DNA of 64,000 bases from an uncultured delta proteobacterium (GTDB taxonomy: Bacteria > Desulfobacterota > Desulfobaccia > Desulfobaccales > 0-14-0-80-60-11). A program made the translations under genes and the position numbers. The notes beneath the pieces are model-generated. The model ran no database searches. It worked only from the letters and a program-made list of their open reading frames with translations, and had not been told where the DNA came from. The DNA is taken from contig CAWIDL010000032.1 in assembly GCA_963834795.1 (NCBI GenBank), positions 98,979-162,978 on the forward strand, in the 5' to 3' direction. This document shows, in pieces, positions 9,292 through 19,085 of the stretch (position 1 is its first letter; every line of letters starts with the position of its first letter).

Positions 9292-9972
9292 ATGGGCAAC
9301 ACTACCGAGATCAAGGCCATCGGCATCGGCGGCATCGGCTGCGCCTTGCTGCCCTTCCTCTGCCGCTACCTGCAATATTCCGGGGAGCGGACCCGCCTCA
9401 CCCTTATCGACGGCGACCGTTTTGAACGGGCCAATGCCCCTCGCCAGGCCTTTACCCGACCGGGCAACAAGGCCGAGGTCAAGGCCCGGGAGCTGGCCCA
9501 GGAGTTCGAAGGAATGTCCTTGCGGGCTGTGCCTGAATACCTCACCGCCGCCAACCTCCACTACCTGATTAGGGAGGGAGACATCGTCTTCCTGATGGTG
9601 GATAACCACGCCTCCCGCCACCTCGTGGACGGGTACGCCGCGGCCCTCCGGGACCTCACTCTGATCTCCGGGGGCAACGACTACGAAGACGGCAACGTCC
9701 AGCTCTACCTCCGACGTGCCGGCCGGGATTTGACCCCCTCCCTGGGACGCTATCACCGCGAGATCGCCCAGCCCAGGGACCGCAACCCCGCCGAGCTCTC
9801 CTGTGAAGAGCTCATGGCCGCGGGCGCCCCCCAGCTCCTCTTCACCAACCTTATGGTGGCCAGCCTGATGCTCAACGCCTTCTATACCCTGCGTCTGGGC
9901 TCCCCGGGCTACGGCGAAGTCTACCTGGATATCCGGCAAAATCTCTGCCGCCCCGTTACCAGGCCGGTGTAA
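9292..9972 (+). CDS. E1-like ThiF-family adenylyltransferase, resembling the PRTRC ThiF protein
   Basis: GIGGIGCAL glycine loop, LIDGDRFERANAPRQ and LMVDNHASR. The ATG at 9292 was chosen because the upstream part of the track ORF is MITE sequence. Confidence 0.7.
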   Translation: MGNTTEIKAIGIGGIGCALLPFLCRYLQYSGERTRLTLIDGDRFERANAPRQAFTRPGNKAEVKARELAQEFEGMSLRAVPEYLTAANLHYLIREGDIVFLMVDNHASRHLVDGYAAALRDLTLISGGNDYEDGNVQLYLRRAGRDLTPSLGRYHREIAQPRDRNPAELSCEELMAAGAPQLLFTNLMVASLMLNAFYTLRLGSPGYGEVYLDIRQNLCRPVTRPV

Positions 9973-10096
9973 TACCAAGTTGGCGTCAAAAGTAGAAGAA
10001 TCTTTTGTAGGGGCGCATTCAGGTGTGCGCCCACCCAGGGGCGGACACACGGGTCCACCCTACACCAAAAGAACCAACGAGGCTGCAACTTGGTAT
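9973..10096. repeat. MITE-like element, family 3 (ataccaagttg...caacttggtat)
   Basis: Terminal inverted repeats ataccaagttgg / caacttggtat, with internal gtaggggcgca...gcgcccacc...ggcggacacacgggtccaccctac. It starts at the ThiF stop codon. A second copy lies at 54251-54515. Confidence 0.75.
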
Positions 10097-10187
10097 AAGA
10101 TGGCCGAGCCGGCAGGCTTCCAGGGCGGCGAGCCCCTACCTGACTGACCACGCCCGTTTTTGAAACGACCGGGAGTTCAGGTGGCCC

Positions 10188-10227
10188 GAAAAAAAAACTC
10201 GGGGGAACCCCGATCCGGGCTTCCCCC
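10188..10227 (-). terminator. rho-independent terminator of the 10268-10771 gene
   Basis: On the minus strand: GGGGGAA-gcccggatcgggg-TTCCCCC followed by a run of 9-10 T. Confidence 0.75.
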
Positions 10228-10267
10228 GCAAAATTAAAGATAGCGGATCTGCTTGGTTGAGCTTTCC

Positions 10268-10771
10268 CTAGCCCAACGCCTTCACGGCGCGTCTCACACG
10301 CCTCTTCAGCTTCTTTGAAGAGCCGGTCTTCCCCTGGCCGGGCTTCTCATAAGCATTGCAAATCTCCACCATGAAATCGTATTTCCTGCACATGAAGGGA
10401 TAGGCTTCGGGATTGGCGCAGATCTTCAGGCAACAATAAGGCTTGCCTTCAGAATAGGCCGTCAGATCGAAATGGCGCAGCCAGGCATCGTATTCGATCC
10501 AGCTATGGGCCGGAATGATAAGAACGCCGTCGCTATTGCCCGAATAGAGCGAAACCTCAACCCCCGTCCCATTTCTAATTATCCCGGTATACTTGCGGGG
10601 CCAACCTTGGGGCGCTTCAGGGTCGCAGGGATTGATTGCGGCTGGCTCCGCGGCAGCCATCGGGGGGGCGGCGGATTGCGAGGGCGCGGGCTGCTCTCCC
10701 ATACACAAGCCCCCCACAGACCAAACCATGACGATGAGGAAGCCCATCAAAAAAATGATTTTTTTATCCAT
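10268..10771 (-). CDS. secreted Cys-rich hypothetical protein
   Basis: Signal peptide MDKKIIFLMGFLIVMVWSVGGLCMG, several Cys in the mature part, and a basic C-terminal tail. No family was recognised. Confidence 0.55.
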   Translation of the reverse strand: MDKKIIFLMGFLIVMVWSVGGLCMGEQPAPSQSAAPPMAAAEPAAINPCDPEAPQGWPRKYTGIIRNGTGVEVSLYSGNSDGVLIIPAHSWIEYDAWLRHFDLTAYSEGKPYCCLKICANPEAYPFMCRKYDFMVEICNAYEKPGQGKTGSSKKLKRRVRRAVKALG

Positions 10772-11014
10772 AGAGCTAACCGCCATTATTTAAAATGAGT
10801 GTTGGCTAATTAGATAATCCAATAAGAACTTTCAGCTCTTTTGTCAAGAAAAATTTTAGCAAGCTGTCATTTTTCATTGACAATAGCCCTGGTTTGGAGA
10901 GGCATTTTCAAGTAGTGTCCGGCAAGGTTTTTGCTATGATGCAGGCAGCAGAGATTTGTTTGAATTTAGACATGCCCACTAGCTAATCATTTCCTTGCAT
11001 TTACCAGCTTTTTC

Positions 11015-11098
11015 CCATCTCCCCGGTCCAAACAAGGTGGAGAGGGCAAGGGTGAGGGGGAATTTAATCTCTTTTCCGCTCCCATTAATACTTGGTGC
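11015..11098. repeat. MITE-like repeat, family 2 copy
   Basis: ...ggagagggcaagggtgagggggaatttaatctcttttccgctcccattaatacttggtgc is the reverse complement of the copy at 21971-22046. Confidence 0.7.
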
Positions 11099-11271
11099 GA
11101 AACTAGAGTAAGTAAATTCAAGGTAAATCAATTCATCCTTTATTTCAATCCTTCCAATGTTCGGAAATGAAATAGAGAAGCCGGCAGGATTAGGAATGGC
11201 AGGATAATGATGAGGAAAGATAAAATTCCATTCAGGATGATTCCCGGCAGGTATCTCAGACTTCGTTTTGG

Positions 11272-12381
11272 TTATTGCTTTTCCGGCAAATCCACCGCCT
11301 CACCGGTGAGGGCCGCCACTTCCGCAAGCAGGGCGCGGAGCAGCTCTTTCTCCGGCACCTGGCGCAGTTTGCGGCCCTTTTTGAACAGGACCCCCACCCC
11401 GGCGCCTCCAGCCACCCCGATGTCCGCCTCCCGGGCCTCCCCCGGCCCGTTCACCACGCAGCCCATGATAGCCACCTTGAGGGGGGTGGTCACCGCCAGC
11501 AGGCGGCGCTCCGCCTCCTCCGCCAGCGAGAAGAGGTCCAGGCGGCAGCGGCCGCAGGTGGGGCAGGAAATCAGTTCTACCCCCCGCTCCCTGAGGTGCA
11601 GGGCCCGGAGAATCTCATAGGCCGCCCGCACCTCCTCCACCGGGTCCCGGGTGAGTGAAACCCTTATGGTATCGCCGATGCCCTGGGCCAGCAGCATGCC
11701 GATCCCCAGGGCGGACTTCACCGTACCGGCGATCAGCCCCCCGGCTTCGGTCACCCCCAGGTGCAAAGGATAATCCGTCAGGCGCGAGACCTCCCGGTAG
11801 GCCGCCACTGTCACCAAGACATCGGAGGATTTCAGGGAAATCTTGAAATCGAAGAAGCCCCAGTCCTCGAACTTCTTGACCCAGCGGAGGGCGCTGGCCG
11901 CCAGGGCCGCGGCAGTAGGGACCCCATACCTTTCCAGCAGGTCCGCCTCCAGGGAGCCGGCATTTACCCCCAGGCGCAGCGGCACGCCCCTTTGCCGGCA
12001 GGCCTCCAGCACTTGGCGGGTCTTCTTCTCTCCCCCCAGGTTGCCGGGGTTGATGCGGATGGCGTCGGCCCCCTGCTCCAGGGCGGCCAAAGCCAGACGA
12101 TAATTGAAATGGATGTCGGCAATCAGGGGCAGCGGGCTCTCTTTTTTGATCTCCCCCAAGACCCGGGCCGCCTTCTGATCCGGCACCGCCAGCCGGGCCA
12201 CTTCGCAGCCGGCCGCAGCCAATCTATGGAGCTGGGCCAGGGTAGCGCCTACCTTCCTGGTGTCGGTGTTGGTCATGGACTGCACCACCACCGGGGCGCC
12301 GCCGCCGATCTGCACCGGGCCGATGCGGATGGCCCGGGTAGGTTTGCGTTTTATCCGCAGGGTTTTATCTTTCTGAGACAT
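11272..12381 (-). CDS. ispG: 4-hydroxy-3-methylbut-2-en-1-yl diphosphate synthase
   Basis: RAIRIGPVQIGGGAPVVVQSMTNTDTRKV..., plus C-terminal CPTCGRC and GCVVNGPGEA motifs. Confidence 0.92.
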   Translation of the reverse strand: MSQKDKTLRIKRKPTRAIRIGPVQIGGGAPVVVQSMTNTDTRKVGATLAQLHRLAAAGCEVARLAVPDQKAARVLGEIKKESPLPLIADIHFNYRLALAALEQGADAIRINPGNLGGEKKTRQVLEACRQRGVPLRLGVNAGSLEADLLERYGVPTAAALAASALRWVKKFEDWGFFDFKISLKSSDVLVTVAAYREVSRLTDYPLHLGVTEAGGLIAGTVKSALGIGMLLAQGIGDTIRVSLTRDPVEEVRAAYEILRALHLRERGVELISCPTCGRCRLDLFSLAEEAERRLLAVTTPLKVAIMGCVVNGPGEAREADIGVAGGAGVGVLFKKGRKLRQVPEKELLRALLAEVAALTGEAVDLPEKQ

Positions 12382-12560
12382 ATGCTAGTTAAATTTTAGC
12401 GGAATCGGCTCGCTGACGCAAGTCGCCGCCACGGTCTCCGCCGGGGCGGGACCTTCCACTGAGCCAAGTTACATAAGGTCCTTAATTTTACAGGGTTTTT
12501 TTCCCGATAAAGGGTTTTGTGCCGATTTCTCTTTTCTGTTTTCCTGGGAAGCGGAAACCT

Positions 12561-13640
12561 CTACAGATCTACTTCCAGTGGACCCAGGTCGGTGATGCGC
12601 TCCGGCTGCCAGCGGGGTTGATCATCCTTGTCGAGGAGGCGCGCCCGGATGCCCTCCAGGTAGTCGGGGTGCTGCACCATGAAGTGGGCGGCCCGGGCCT
12701 CCCTCCGGAAAACTTCCGGCAGCGGCCGCCCCTGGTTGGCCCGCAGCAGCTTCAGGGTCAGGGCCAGGGCCGTGGGGGAGCGCTCGGACATATGCCGCAA
12801 TACCTCCCCACAGATTTCCAGCTCCGGGCTGCACTGACTGAGGGACGCCAGGATTTCTCCCAGGCTCTCTTTACCCGCAAAATGCTGCGCCACCCAGGCG
12901 TCCAACTCCGGCCGGGGCGACAAGTCCTGCTTGGCGTAGGCCGGAAGCCAGCCCCTCATCTGCCTGACCGCCTCTTCTCTTACCAAAAATCCCGGCGCCA
13001 GGCGCCCGGAGATCCTGGCCAGGTCCTCCAGGAGGTCCATCAGACGGGGGGATGGCGCCAGGTGGGTGGCCAGTCCCAGACGGACGCATTCGCCCCCCAC
13101 CGCCTCGTAACCGGTGAGGGCCAGGTACTCCGGATAGCCGGGGGGACAGCGGGCGTGCAGCCAGACGCTGGCGCCCACATCCGGAAAAAAACCGATTCTG
13201 GTCTCGGGCATGGCCATGCGGCTGCGCTCCGTGACCACTACCAGGTCTGCGCCTGCAGCCAGACCCAGGCCGCCCCCCATGGTGATGCCATCCGCCAGAG
13301 CCACCACCGGTTTGGGAAACTGGTGAAGCAGCAGGTCCAGGTCGTACTCTTCCCGGAAAAACTCGTCGGCCAGGAAAGGCGCCCGGCCCTGTAGGGCCCG
13401 GGCCAGTTCCTTCAGATCGCCGCCGGCGCAGAAGCCCCGTTCACCGGCGCCGGAGAGGACGATCAGCCTTACCCCCTCGTCCTCCCGGGCCTCATCCAGA
13501 AGCCCGCGCAGCCGCCGGATCATCTCCAGGTTCAGGGTGTTGAGGACCCGAGGCCGGTTGAGGACCAGGTTTAACAGGCCACCCCGGCGTTGCACCAGGA
13601 TTGGAGATTCTTCTTGCTCAGCCATGGTTAGAAGGGCCAT
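12561..13640 (-). CDS. enoyl-CoA hydratase/isomerase family protein (3-hydroxyisobutyryl-CoA hydrolase-like)
   Basis: FCAGGDLKEL, KPVVALADGITMGGGLGLAAGA and METRIGFFPDVGAS. The start is uncertain (13640 or 13625) because upstream codons lie in a heptamer repeat. Confidence 0.8.
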   Translation of the reverse strand: MALLTMAEQEESPILVQRRGGLLNLVLNRPRVLNTLNLEMIRRLRGLLDEAREDEGVRLIVLSGAGERGFCAGGDLKELARALQGRAPFLADEFFREEYDLDLLLHQFPKPVVALADGITMGGGLGLAAGADLVVVTERSRMAMPETRIGFFPDVGASVWLHARCPPGYPEYLALTGYEAVGGECVRLGLATHLAPSPRLMDLLEDLARISGRLAPGFLVREEAVRQMRGWLPAYAKQDLSPRPELDAWVAQHFAGKESLGEILASLSQCSPELEICGEVLRHMSERSPTALALTLKLLRANQGRPLPEVFRREARAAHFMVQHPDYLEGIRARLLDKDDQPRWQPERITDLGPLEVDL

Positions 13641-13844
13641 GCCCAAAATCTGTTTTCTGTTTTCTGTTTTCTGAGGCCATCTTGCCTTATTGCGGTTCAA
13701 GCTCCCGAGGTATTAATCGACCGAGAGAAGGCTGACAGGCTTTCAAAAGTGGCCCCAAAACCTGGTGGTATAGGCGTCCCGCCTGTGCGGCGCATTTTAA
13801 AGCTTTCGCTAAGAGGGCCTTTAATGGCACAGGATTTTAGAAGA

Positions 13845-13929
13845 CTGTTTTCCGTTTTCTGTTTTCTGTCTCTGCTAGGGGGCCTTTGCCTTTGATTTTG
13901 CCTTTGACTTCACAGAAAACCGAAAACAG
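13845..13929. repeat. MITE-like element, family 4 (heptamer-repeat arms ttttcNg / cNgaaaa)
   Basis: ctgttttccgttttctgttttctg ... tttgattttgcctttgacttcacagaaaaccgaaaacag. A half copy lies at 13650-13673, and other copies lie at 45592, 48110 and 48541. Confidence 0.65.
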
Positions 13930-13992
13930 ATAACAGCTTCTAGGGCGGGCTGTGCCCGCCGAATTTTGGCGGCTACAGGCCGCTCAATACGG

Positions 13993-14643
13993 CTATCCTT
14001 TCCGTCCATAAAGGATGAGTTGGGGCATTTCCACGTTGCCCATGAAGGGGATGGCAGCCTGGATGGTCTCCAGGCGCTGCAGCTCATAGCCCGGGAATTG
14101 CGCCTTTAATTCTCGGGGAGTGGGGAAATGGTGCACCAGTTTGCCGTCCGGAGTGGCGATGTTCACCAGGGTGCCGGGCTCCAGCTTCCGGGTCCCGGGC
14201 AGCATCACCCTGGCCGCGAACTCCCGGGGTGAGACATAAATGAACAGATGCGCACCAACCTTCAAGACCCGGTCCAGCTCCCGGCAATATTCCCGAAAAG
14301 TGGCGGCATCTCCGTGATTGATTACATTGATGCTGACGACCAGATCGAAGCGGCGCGTTGCTACGGGCAGACGGCGCAGATCGGCCTGGAGCAACGGAGC
14401 CGATAAGGCGGCGGCTTGGAGACGGCCATTCAGAACCCGGAGCACCGAGGCCTCCCGGTCCACCCCCACCACCTGGAAGCCCTCCTGCGCCAGGGGCAGG
14501 AGGTGGCGGCCCACGCCGCAGCCGGCATCCAGGACCCGGCGGCAGCCTGCCAGTCTTAGCTCCGGCAGCAGGGCCAGGAACTCCGGGTTGGGCTGAAGCC
14601 CTTGCATTTTTGGAGCTTCGAAGATTTCCCCCCAATCGGCCAT
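13993..14643 (-). CDS. class I SAM-dependent methyltransferase
   Basis: Motif I VLDAGCGVGRHLLPLA, followed by VVGVDRE. Confidence 0.8.
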   Translation of the reverse strand: MADWGEIFEAPKMQGLQPNPEFLALLPELRLAGCRRVLDAGCGVGRHLLPLAQEGFQVVGVDREASVLRVLNGRLQAAALSAPLLQADLRRLPVATRRFDLVVSINVINHGDAATFREYCRELDRVLKVGAHLFIYVSPREFAARVMLPGTRKLEPGTLVNIATPDGKLVHHFPTPRELKAQFPGYELQRLETIQAAIPFMGNVEMPQLILYGRKG

Positions 14644-14791
14644 GTCGGTCTCGCATGAACAGGTTCTGGATGTCAAGAAAGTTATCTATTTAAGTTCACC
14701 CCGTCAATCTTCTTTTCTTATCAGGCGCTTCTGTTTATAATCACGGAGGCGCTTACTTGCAAAAATCGGATAGACTCCTCTGAGGTGAGAC

Positions 14792-16087
14792 ATGATTCCC
14801 CGATACAGCCGCAAGGGAATGGCCCGCATCTGGAGCGAAGAGAACAAATATGCCAGTTGGCTCCAGGTGGAGGTGGCGGCCCTGGAGGCCATGGCGGAGT
14901 GCGGCATCATCCCCCGGGAGGCGCCGGCCCGGGCCTTCAGCAAGGCCACCTGCGACGTGGAGCAGATCCTGGCCCTGGAAGAAAAGACCCATCACGACGT
15001 GGCCGCCTTTGTGGACCAGGTGGCCGCCTGCCTGGGGGAGGACGGCCGCTATTTCCACTTCGGGCTCACTTCCTCGGACGTACTGGATACCGCCCTGGCC
15101 CTGCGCCTGAAGGAAGCCGCCGACCTTTTGCAAGCCGATCTGGATGAGCTGCTTACGGTCCTGAAAGAGAGGGCCTATGAATTTAAGGATTTGCCCATGG
15201 TGGGCCGCACCCACGGGGTGCATGCCGAACCCATTACCCTGGGATTGAAATTCTCCTTGTGGTTTGCCGAATTCCAACGGCAACGCGCCCGTCTGGCGGC
15301 GGCCCGCCAAACTATCGCGGTGGGCAAGCTCTCCGGCGCGGTGGGCACCTTTGCCCACCTGCCCCCGGAGGTGGAGGCCAAGACCTGCGCCCGCCTGGGG
15401 CTTACCCCGGCGCCCATCTCCACCCAGGTGATTCAACGGGACCGGCACGCCGAATACTTCCTCACCCTGGCCTTGATCGGCGCCAGCGTTGAGAAGGTGG
15501 CCCTGGAGATCCGCCACCTGCAGCGCACCGAGGTGCGCGAGGCCGAGGAGTTCTTCACCGCCGGCCAGAAGGGCTCTTCCGCCATGCCCCACAAGCGCAA
15601 CCCGGTTCTGTCCGAGAACCTGTGCGGCCTGGCCCGGCTGCTCCGGGCCAATGCCCTGGCGGCCCTGGAAAACGTGCCCCTGTGGCACGAGCGGGACATC
15701 AGCCACTCCTCGGTGGAACGGCTCATTGCCCCGGACAGCACCGTGCTCCTGGACTTCATGCTGGCCCGCCTGACCCGCTTGCTAAAGAATCTCACGATTT
15801 ACCCGATAAATATGATCAAGAACCTCAACCTCACCCACGGCCTGATCTTCTCCCAGGGCCTGTTGCTGGCGCTTATTGGCAAAGGCCTGAGCCGGGATGC
15901 GGCTTACCGGTTGGTGCAGCGCCCGGCCATGCAGGTCTGGGAGCAGGGAGGCGAGTTTTCCTCGTTGGTGCAGAATGATGCGGAGATCTCCCGGCATCTG
16001 ACCCCGGCGGAACTGGCCGTCATCTTCGACCTGGGCCGCTCCCTGCGCCACGTCGATGCCATCTTCGCCCGGGTGTTTGGGGAGTGA
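14792..16087 (+). CDS. purB: adenylosuccinate lyase
   Basis: MIPRYSRKGMARIWSEENKY... and the fumarate-lyase signature GSSAMPHKRNP. Confidence 0.93.
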   Translation: MIPRYSRKGMARIWSEENKYASWLQVEVAALEAMAECGIIPREAPARAFSKATCDVEQILALEEKTHHDVAAFVDQVAACLGEDGRYFHFGLTSSDVLDTALALRLKEAADLLQADLDELLTVLKERAYEFKDLPMVGRTHGVHAEPITLGLKFSLWFAEFQRQRARLAAARQTIAVGKLSGAVGTFAHLPPEVEAKTCARLGLTPAPISTQVIQRDRHAEYFLTLALIGASVEKVALEIRHLQRTEVREAEEFFTAGQKGSSAMPHKRNPVLSENLCGLARLLRANALAALENVPLWHERDISHSSVERLIAPDSTVLLDFMLARLTRLLKNLTIYPINMIKNLNLTHGLIFSQGLLLALIGKGLSRDAAYRLVQRPAMQVWEQGGEFSSLVQNDAEISRHLTPAELAVIFDLGRSLRHVDAIFARVFGE

Positions 16088-16255
16088 GCAGTGAGCAGTG
16101 AGCATTGAGGGGCCGCGGTCAGGGGCAGGTGCGATTCCGTAGCCGCAGGCTTTACCCTGCGCCCCGCCGATTTAGCGGCCAGGCTGAAAAAGGTGCTAAA
16201 ATTATTTTCATTGGTGGGCCCTCAGGCAAATTAAGAGTGGGATAGGTGGAGGCAA

Positions 16256-16822
16256 ATGGCACACGGTAATCTCCCCGAAAAATTTAGCCCCGGTCGTCTT
16301 CTGAATCGCCCTTTTCTAATAATCTTGTTGATTTTTTGCGCCTGTTCCGCCAAAGAACCACCCTTGAGTCCCGCCGCGGCCTCTTTTAAGCAAGAGGTCA
16401 AAGCCTGCCTCCAGCGGCTGGCGGCGCCGCTGCCCGGACCGGTAGCCCGACAGGACGTGCCAGCCATCAATAAGGCTCTTCTGGCAATGGCCGACCCGGC
16501 TATTAAACTCTGCCGCATGTGCCCTTTCCAGATCGGCGTCCTGGACCAGCATGGAGACATCCTGGCAAGGTATCCCGAGAAAAAAGAGGGGACCCTTAAT
16601 TTCTCCGGTTATGATTTGATTGATCAGGTGCTGAAAAGCCGGAGAATCTCCCAACAACGCTTCTTTTTGCAGGACGGCTCCGAGATTTATATCATTGCTG
16701 CCCCGCTCCTCCATGAGGGGCAGATGATAGGGCTGCTGGGCCTAAGCCTGGACGCGGCGGAAGCGTTGCACAGGTGGGGTCTGACCGATAAAGAGTTCCT
16801 GGCTCTGGATTTTAATAATTAA
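16256..16822 (+). CDS. lipoprotein with a PDC/Cache-like sensor-type domain (hypothetical)
   Basis: Lipobox LLIFCAC. It lies directly upstream of the Mla-like operon. The domain call is a weak impression. Confidence 0.5.
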   Translation: MAHGNLPEKFSPGRLLNRPFLIILLIFCACSAKEPPLSPAAASFKQEVKACLQRLAAPLPGPVARQDVPAINKALLAMADPAIKLCRMCPFQIGVLDQHGDILARYPEKKEGTLNFSGYDLIDQVLKSRRISQQRFFLQDGSEIYIIAAPLLHEGQMIGLLGLSLDAAEALHRWGLTDKEFLALDFNN

Positions 16823-16890
16823 CTCAACCTGGTACGAGATTCGCAGGCCCAGAAGAGTCAATTTGCGGGACTGGCGTTTTCCGGGATGCT

Positions 16891-18042
16891 ATGGACCACC
16901 CCTCCCAACCGAGTCGCAACTTCAGCTTTAAAGTGGCCGGCCAGCAAGGTCAGGAACTCAATCTCGCCATCTCCGGCCGCATCGCCCTGGAAAATTTGAG
17001 CCTCTTTAACTCGGAGGTCGCGGCCCTGTTGGAAAGAATGACCCCCAGCAAACTGACCGTGGACCTGGCCGGGGTGGAATATCTCGACAGTGCCGGAGCC
17101 TTGGAGCTTTTACAGCTCGAGAGCGAGTCCAAGGCCAGGTCCGTGCCCCTGAAGTTTGTCAATCCCACCGAGAAGACTAAGGGTATCATGGGCCTCATCG
17201 ATCCGGAAGCCCTGAGGATCCCTCCTTTGATCAGGGAGCGGGTAAGCGGCAATGTGGTGGAGCAACTGGGTGAGGAAAGCCGGCATTTCGTTAAAGATCT
17301 GGTGGAGGTGACGACTTTTCTGGGAGCGCTCCTCATCAGCCTGATGCAAGCATTGCTCCACCCTCGTTCGATCCGGTGGCAGGACGTATCCTTCTACATG
17401 AAAAGGGCGGGGGCGGATGGGCTCCCCATCGTGGGCCTCCTCAGCTTCCTCCTGGGACTTATCATCGCCTTCATGTCTTCGCTGCAGCTCAAGCAATTCG
17501 GGGCCAATATTTACGTGGCCTCTCTTCTGGCCATTGGCATGGTCAAGGAACTGGGTCCCATCATGACGGCCATTCTGGTAGCCGGGAGGTCGGGATCTGC
17601 CTTTGCCGCGGAAATCGGCACCATGGTGGTCGATGAGGAGGTGGACGCCCTGGTGACCATGGGTTTCGACCCCATCAGGTTTCTGGCGCTCCCCAAGGTC
17701 CTGGCAGCCCTGGTAGTGGTGCCCCTCCTCACCGTTTACGCCGATATCTTCGGGATCGCCGGCGGCCTGGTGGTGGGGATCATGGGTCTGGACCTGACGG
17801 CTTACTCTTACCTGAAGGAGACCCAGACCAGCCTTACCTTGTTGGATATCATCCTCAGCCTCCTGAAGGCCGGGGTCTTTGCCTTGCTCATTGCCGGCAT
17901 CGGCTGCCAGCGGGGTTTTCAGGTGCGGGGGGGGGCCGCGGCGGTGGGTTCCGCCACCACCTCGGCGGTGGTGACCGCCCTGTTTCTCATCATTGTCACG
18001 GACTCGGCCTTCGCCCTGGCTTTTCAATATTTGGGGATTTAA
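16891..18042 (+). CDS. MlaE-like ABC permease with an N-terminal STAS domain
   Basis: The STAS-like N-terminus (VEYLDSAGALELL) is followed by the MlaE core GPIMTAILVAGRSGSAFAAEIGTMVVDEEVDAL. Confidence 0.85.
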   Translation: MDHPSQPSRNFSFKVAGQQGQELNLAISGRIALENLSLFNSEVAALLERMTPSKLTVDLAGVEYLDSAGALELLQLESESKARSVPLKFVNPTEKTKGIMGLIDPEALRIPPLIRERVSGNVVEQLGEESRHFVKDLVEVTTFLGALLISLMQALLHPRSIRWQDVSFYMKRAGADGLPIVGLLSFLLGLIIAFMSSLQLKQFGANIYVASLLAIGMVKELGPIMTAILVAGRSGSAFAAEIGTMVVDEEVDALVTMGFDPIRFLALPKVLAALVVVPLLTVYADIFGIAGGLVVGIMGLDLTAYSYLKETQTSLTLLDIILSLLKAGVFALLIAGIGCQRGFQVRGGAAAVGSATTSAVVTALFLIIVTDSAFALAFQYLGI

Positions 18043-18046
18043 GCGG

Positions 18047-18217
18047 AATGCTGTTCATTTAAGCACCAGGAGCTGATGCGAAGTCATTTCTTTGGTCATT
18101 CTGAGGGAGCCGAAGGCGACCGAAGAATCTCTAAATACGAGATGCTTCGCTTCGCGATGCATGACAAAAAATGTATAGGGTGGGCACTGCCCACCAATTC
18201 CTTAAATGAACCGTATT
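18047..18217. repeat. MITE-like element, family 1 variant (arms aatgctgttcatttaag / cttaaatgaaccgtatt)
   Basis: Nearly identical to 48284-48468. Contains the gtcattctgagggagccgaaggcgaccgaagaatctc hairpin and gggtgggcactgcccacc. Confidence 0.8.
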
Positions 18218-18297
18218 GGATTTAAGCGAGGATTCAGCAAAACCCATTTTTTTGTATCTTTTGTATTTTTTGTAAGGGTCCGCCAAAAGGAAACTCC

Positions 18298-19083
18298 TTG
18301 GGAAACACCAGTCAAGACCCTATCATCGTGGTGGATGGGCTCACTGCCCGCTTTGGGGAGAACACCGTCTTCGAACGGGTCAGCTTCCAGGTTAACCGGG
18401 GTGAAATCCTGGTGATTTTGGGAGGAAGCGGCTGCGGCAAATCCACCCTGCTCAAACATATGATCGGCCTCTATCGACCCGCGGCGGGGAGAGTGCTGCT
18501 CAACGGCATTGATATTATGACGGATGATGAGAGGAAGCTGCATTCCTTAAAAACCGGGTTCGGGGTACTCTTTCAATCCGGCGCCCTTTTTGGGTCCATG
18601 ACCCTGGCCGAAAACGTCGGCTTAACCCTCCAGGAATTTACCGACCTGAATGATGAAACTATCGATCTCATCGTGAAGATGAAACTGGCCCTGGTGAATC
18701 TGGCCGGGTATGAAAACCACCTGCCCGAAGAGATCTCCGGGGGAATGGCGAAACGAGCGGGACTGGCCCGGGCCATGGCGCTCGACCCTTCGATACTCTT
18801 CTTTGATGAACCTTCGGCCGGATTGGATCCCATAACCGCGGCGGAACTGGACATCTTGATCAAAAGCCTCAATGCCGGGATGGGCACGACCATGGTGGTG
18901 GTCACCCATGAACTGGAGTCAATTTTTGCTATTGCCCACCGGGTGATAATGCTGGATAAGAGCGCCAGGGGAATCATCGCCGAAGGCGATCCCCGGGACC
19001 TCAAGGAGCATTCCCCGGACCCGCGGGTGAAAAACTTCTTTAACCGAAAGCCTTCTAGTAGCAACCAGCTTAAGGAACCATAA
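18298..19083 (+). CDS. MlaF-like ABC transporter ATP-binding protein
   Basis: Walker A GGSGCGKST, signature ISGGMAKR, Walker B ILFFDEP. TTG start per the ORF track. Confidence 0.88.
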   Translation: MGNTSQDPIIVVDGLTARFGENTVFERVSFQVNRGEILVILGGSGCGKSTLLKHMIGLYRPAAGRVLLNGIDIMTDDERKLHSLKTGFGVLFQSGALFGSMTLAENVGLTLQEFTDLNDETIDLIVKMKLALVNLAGYENHLPEEISGGMAKRAGLARAMALDPSILFFDEPSAGLDPITAAELDILIKSLNAGMGTTMVVVTHELESIFAIAHRVIMLDKSARGIIAEGDPRDLKEHSPDPRVKNFFNRKPSSSNQLKEP

Positions 19084-19085
19084 AT

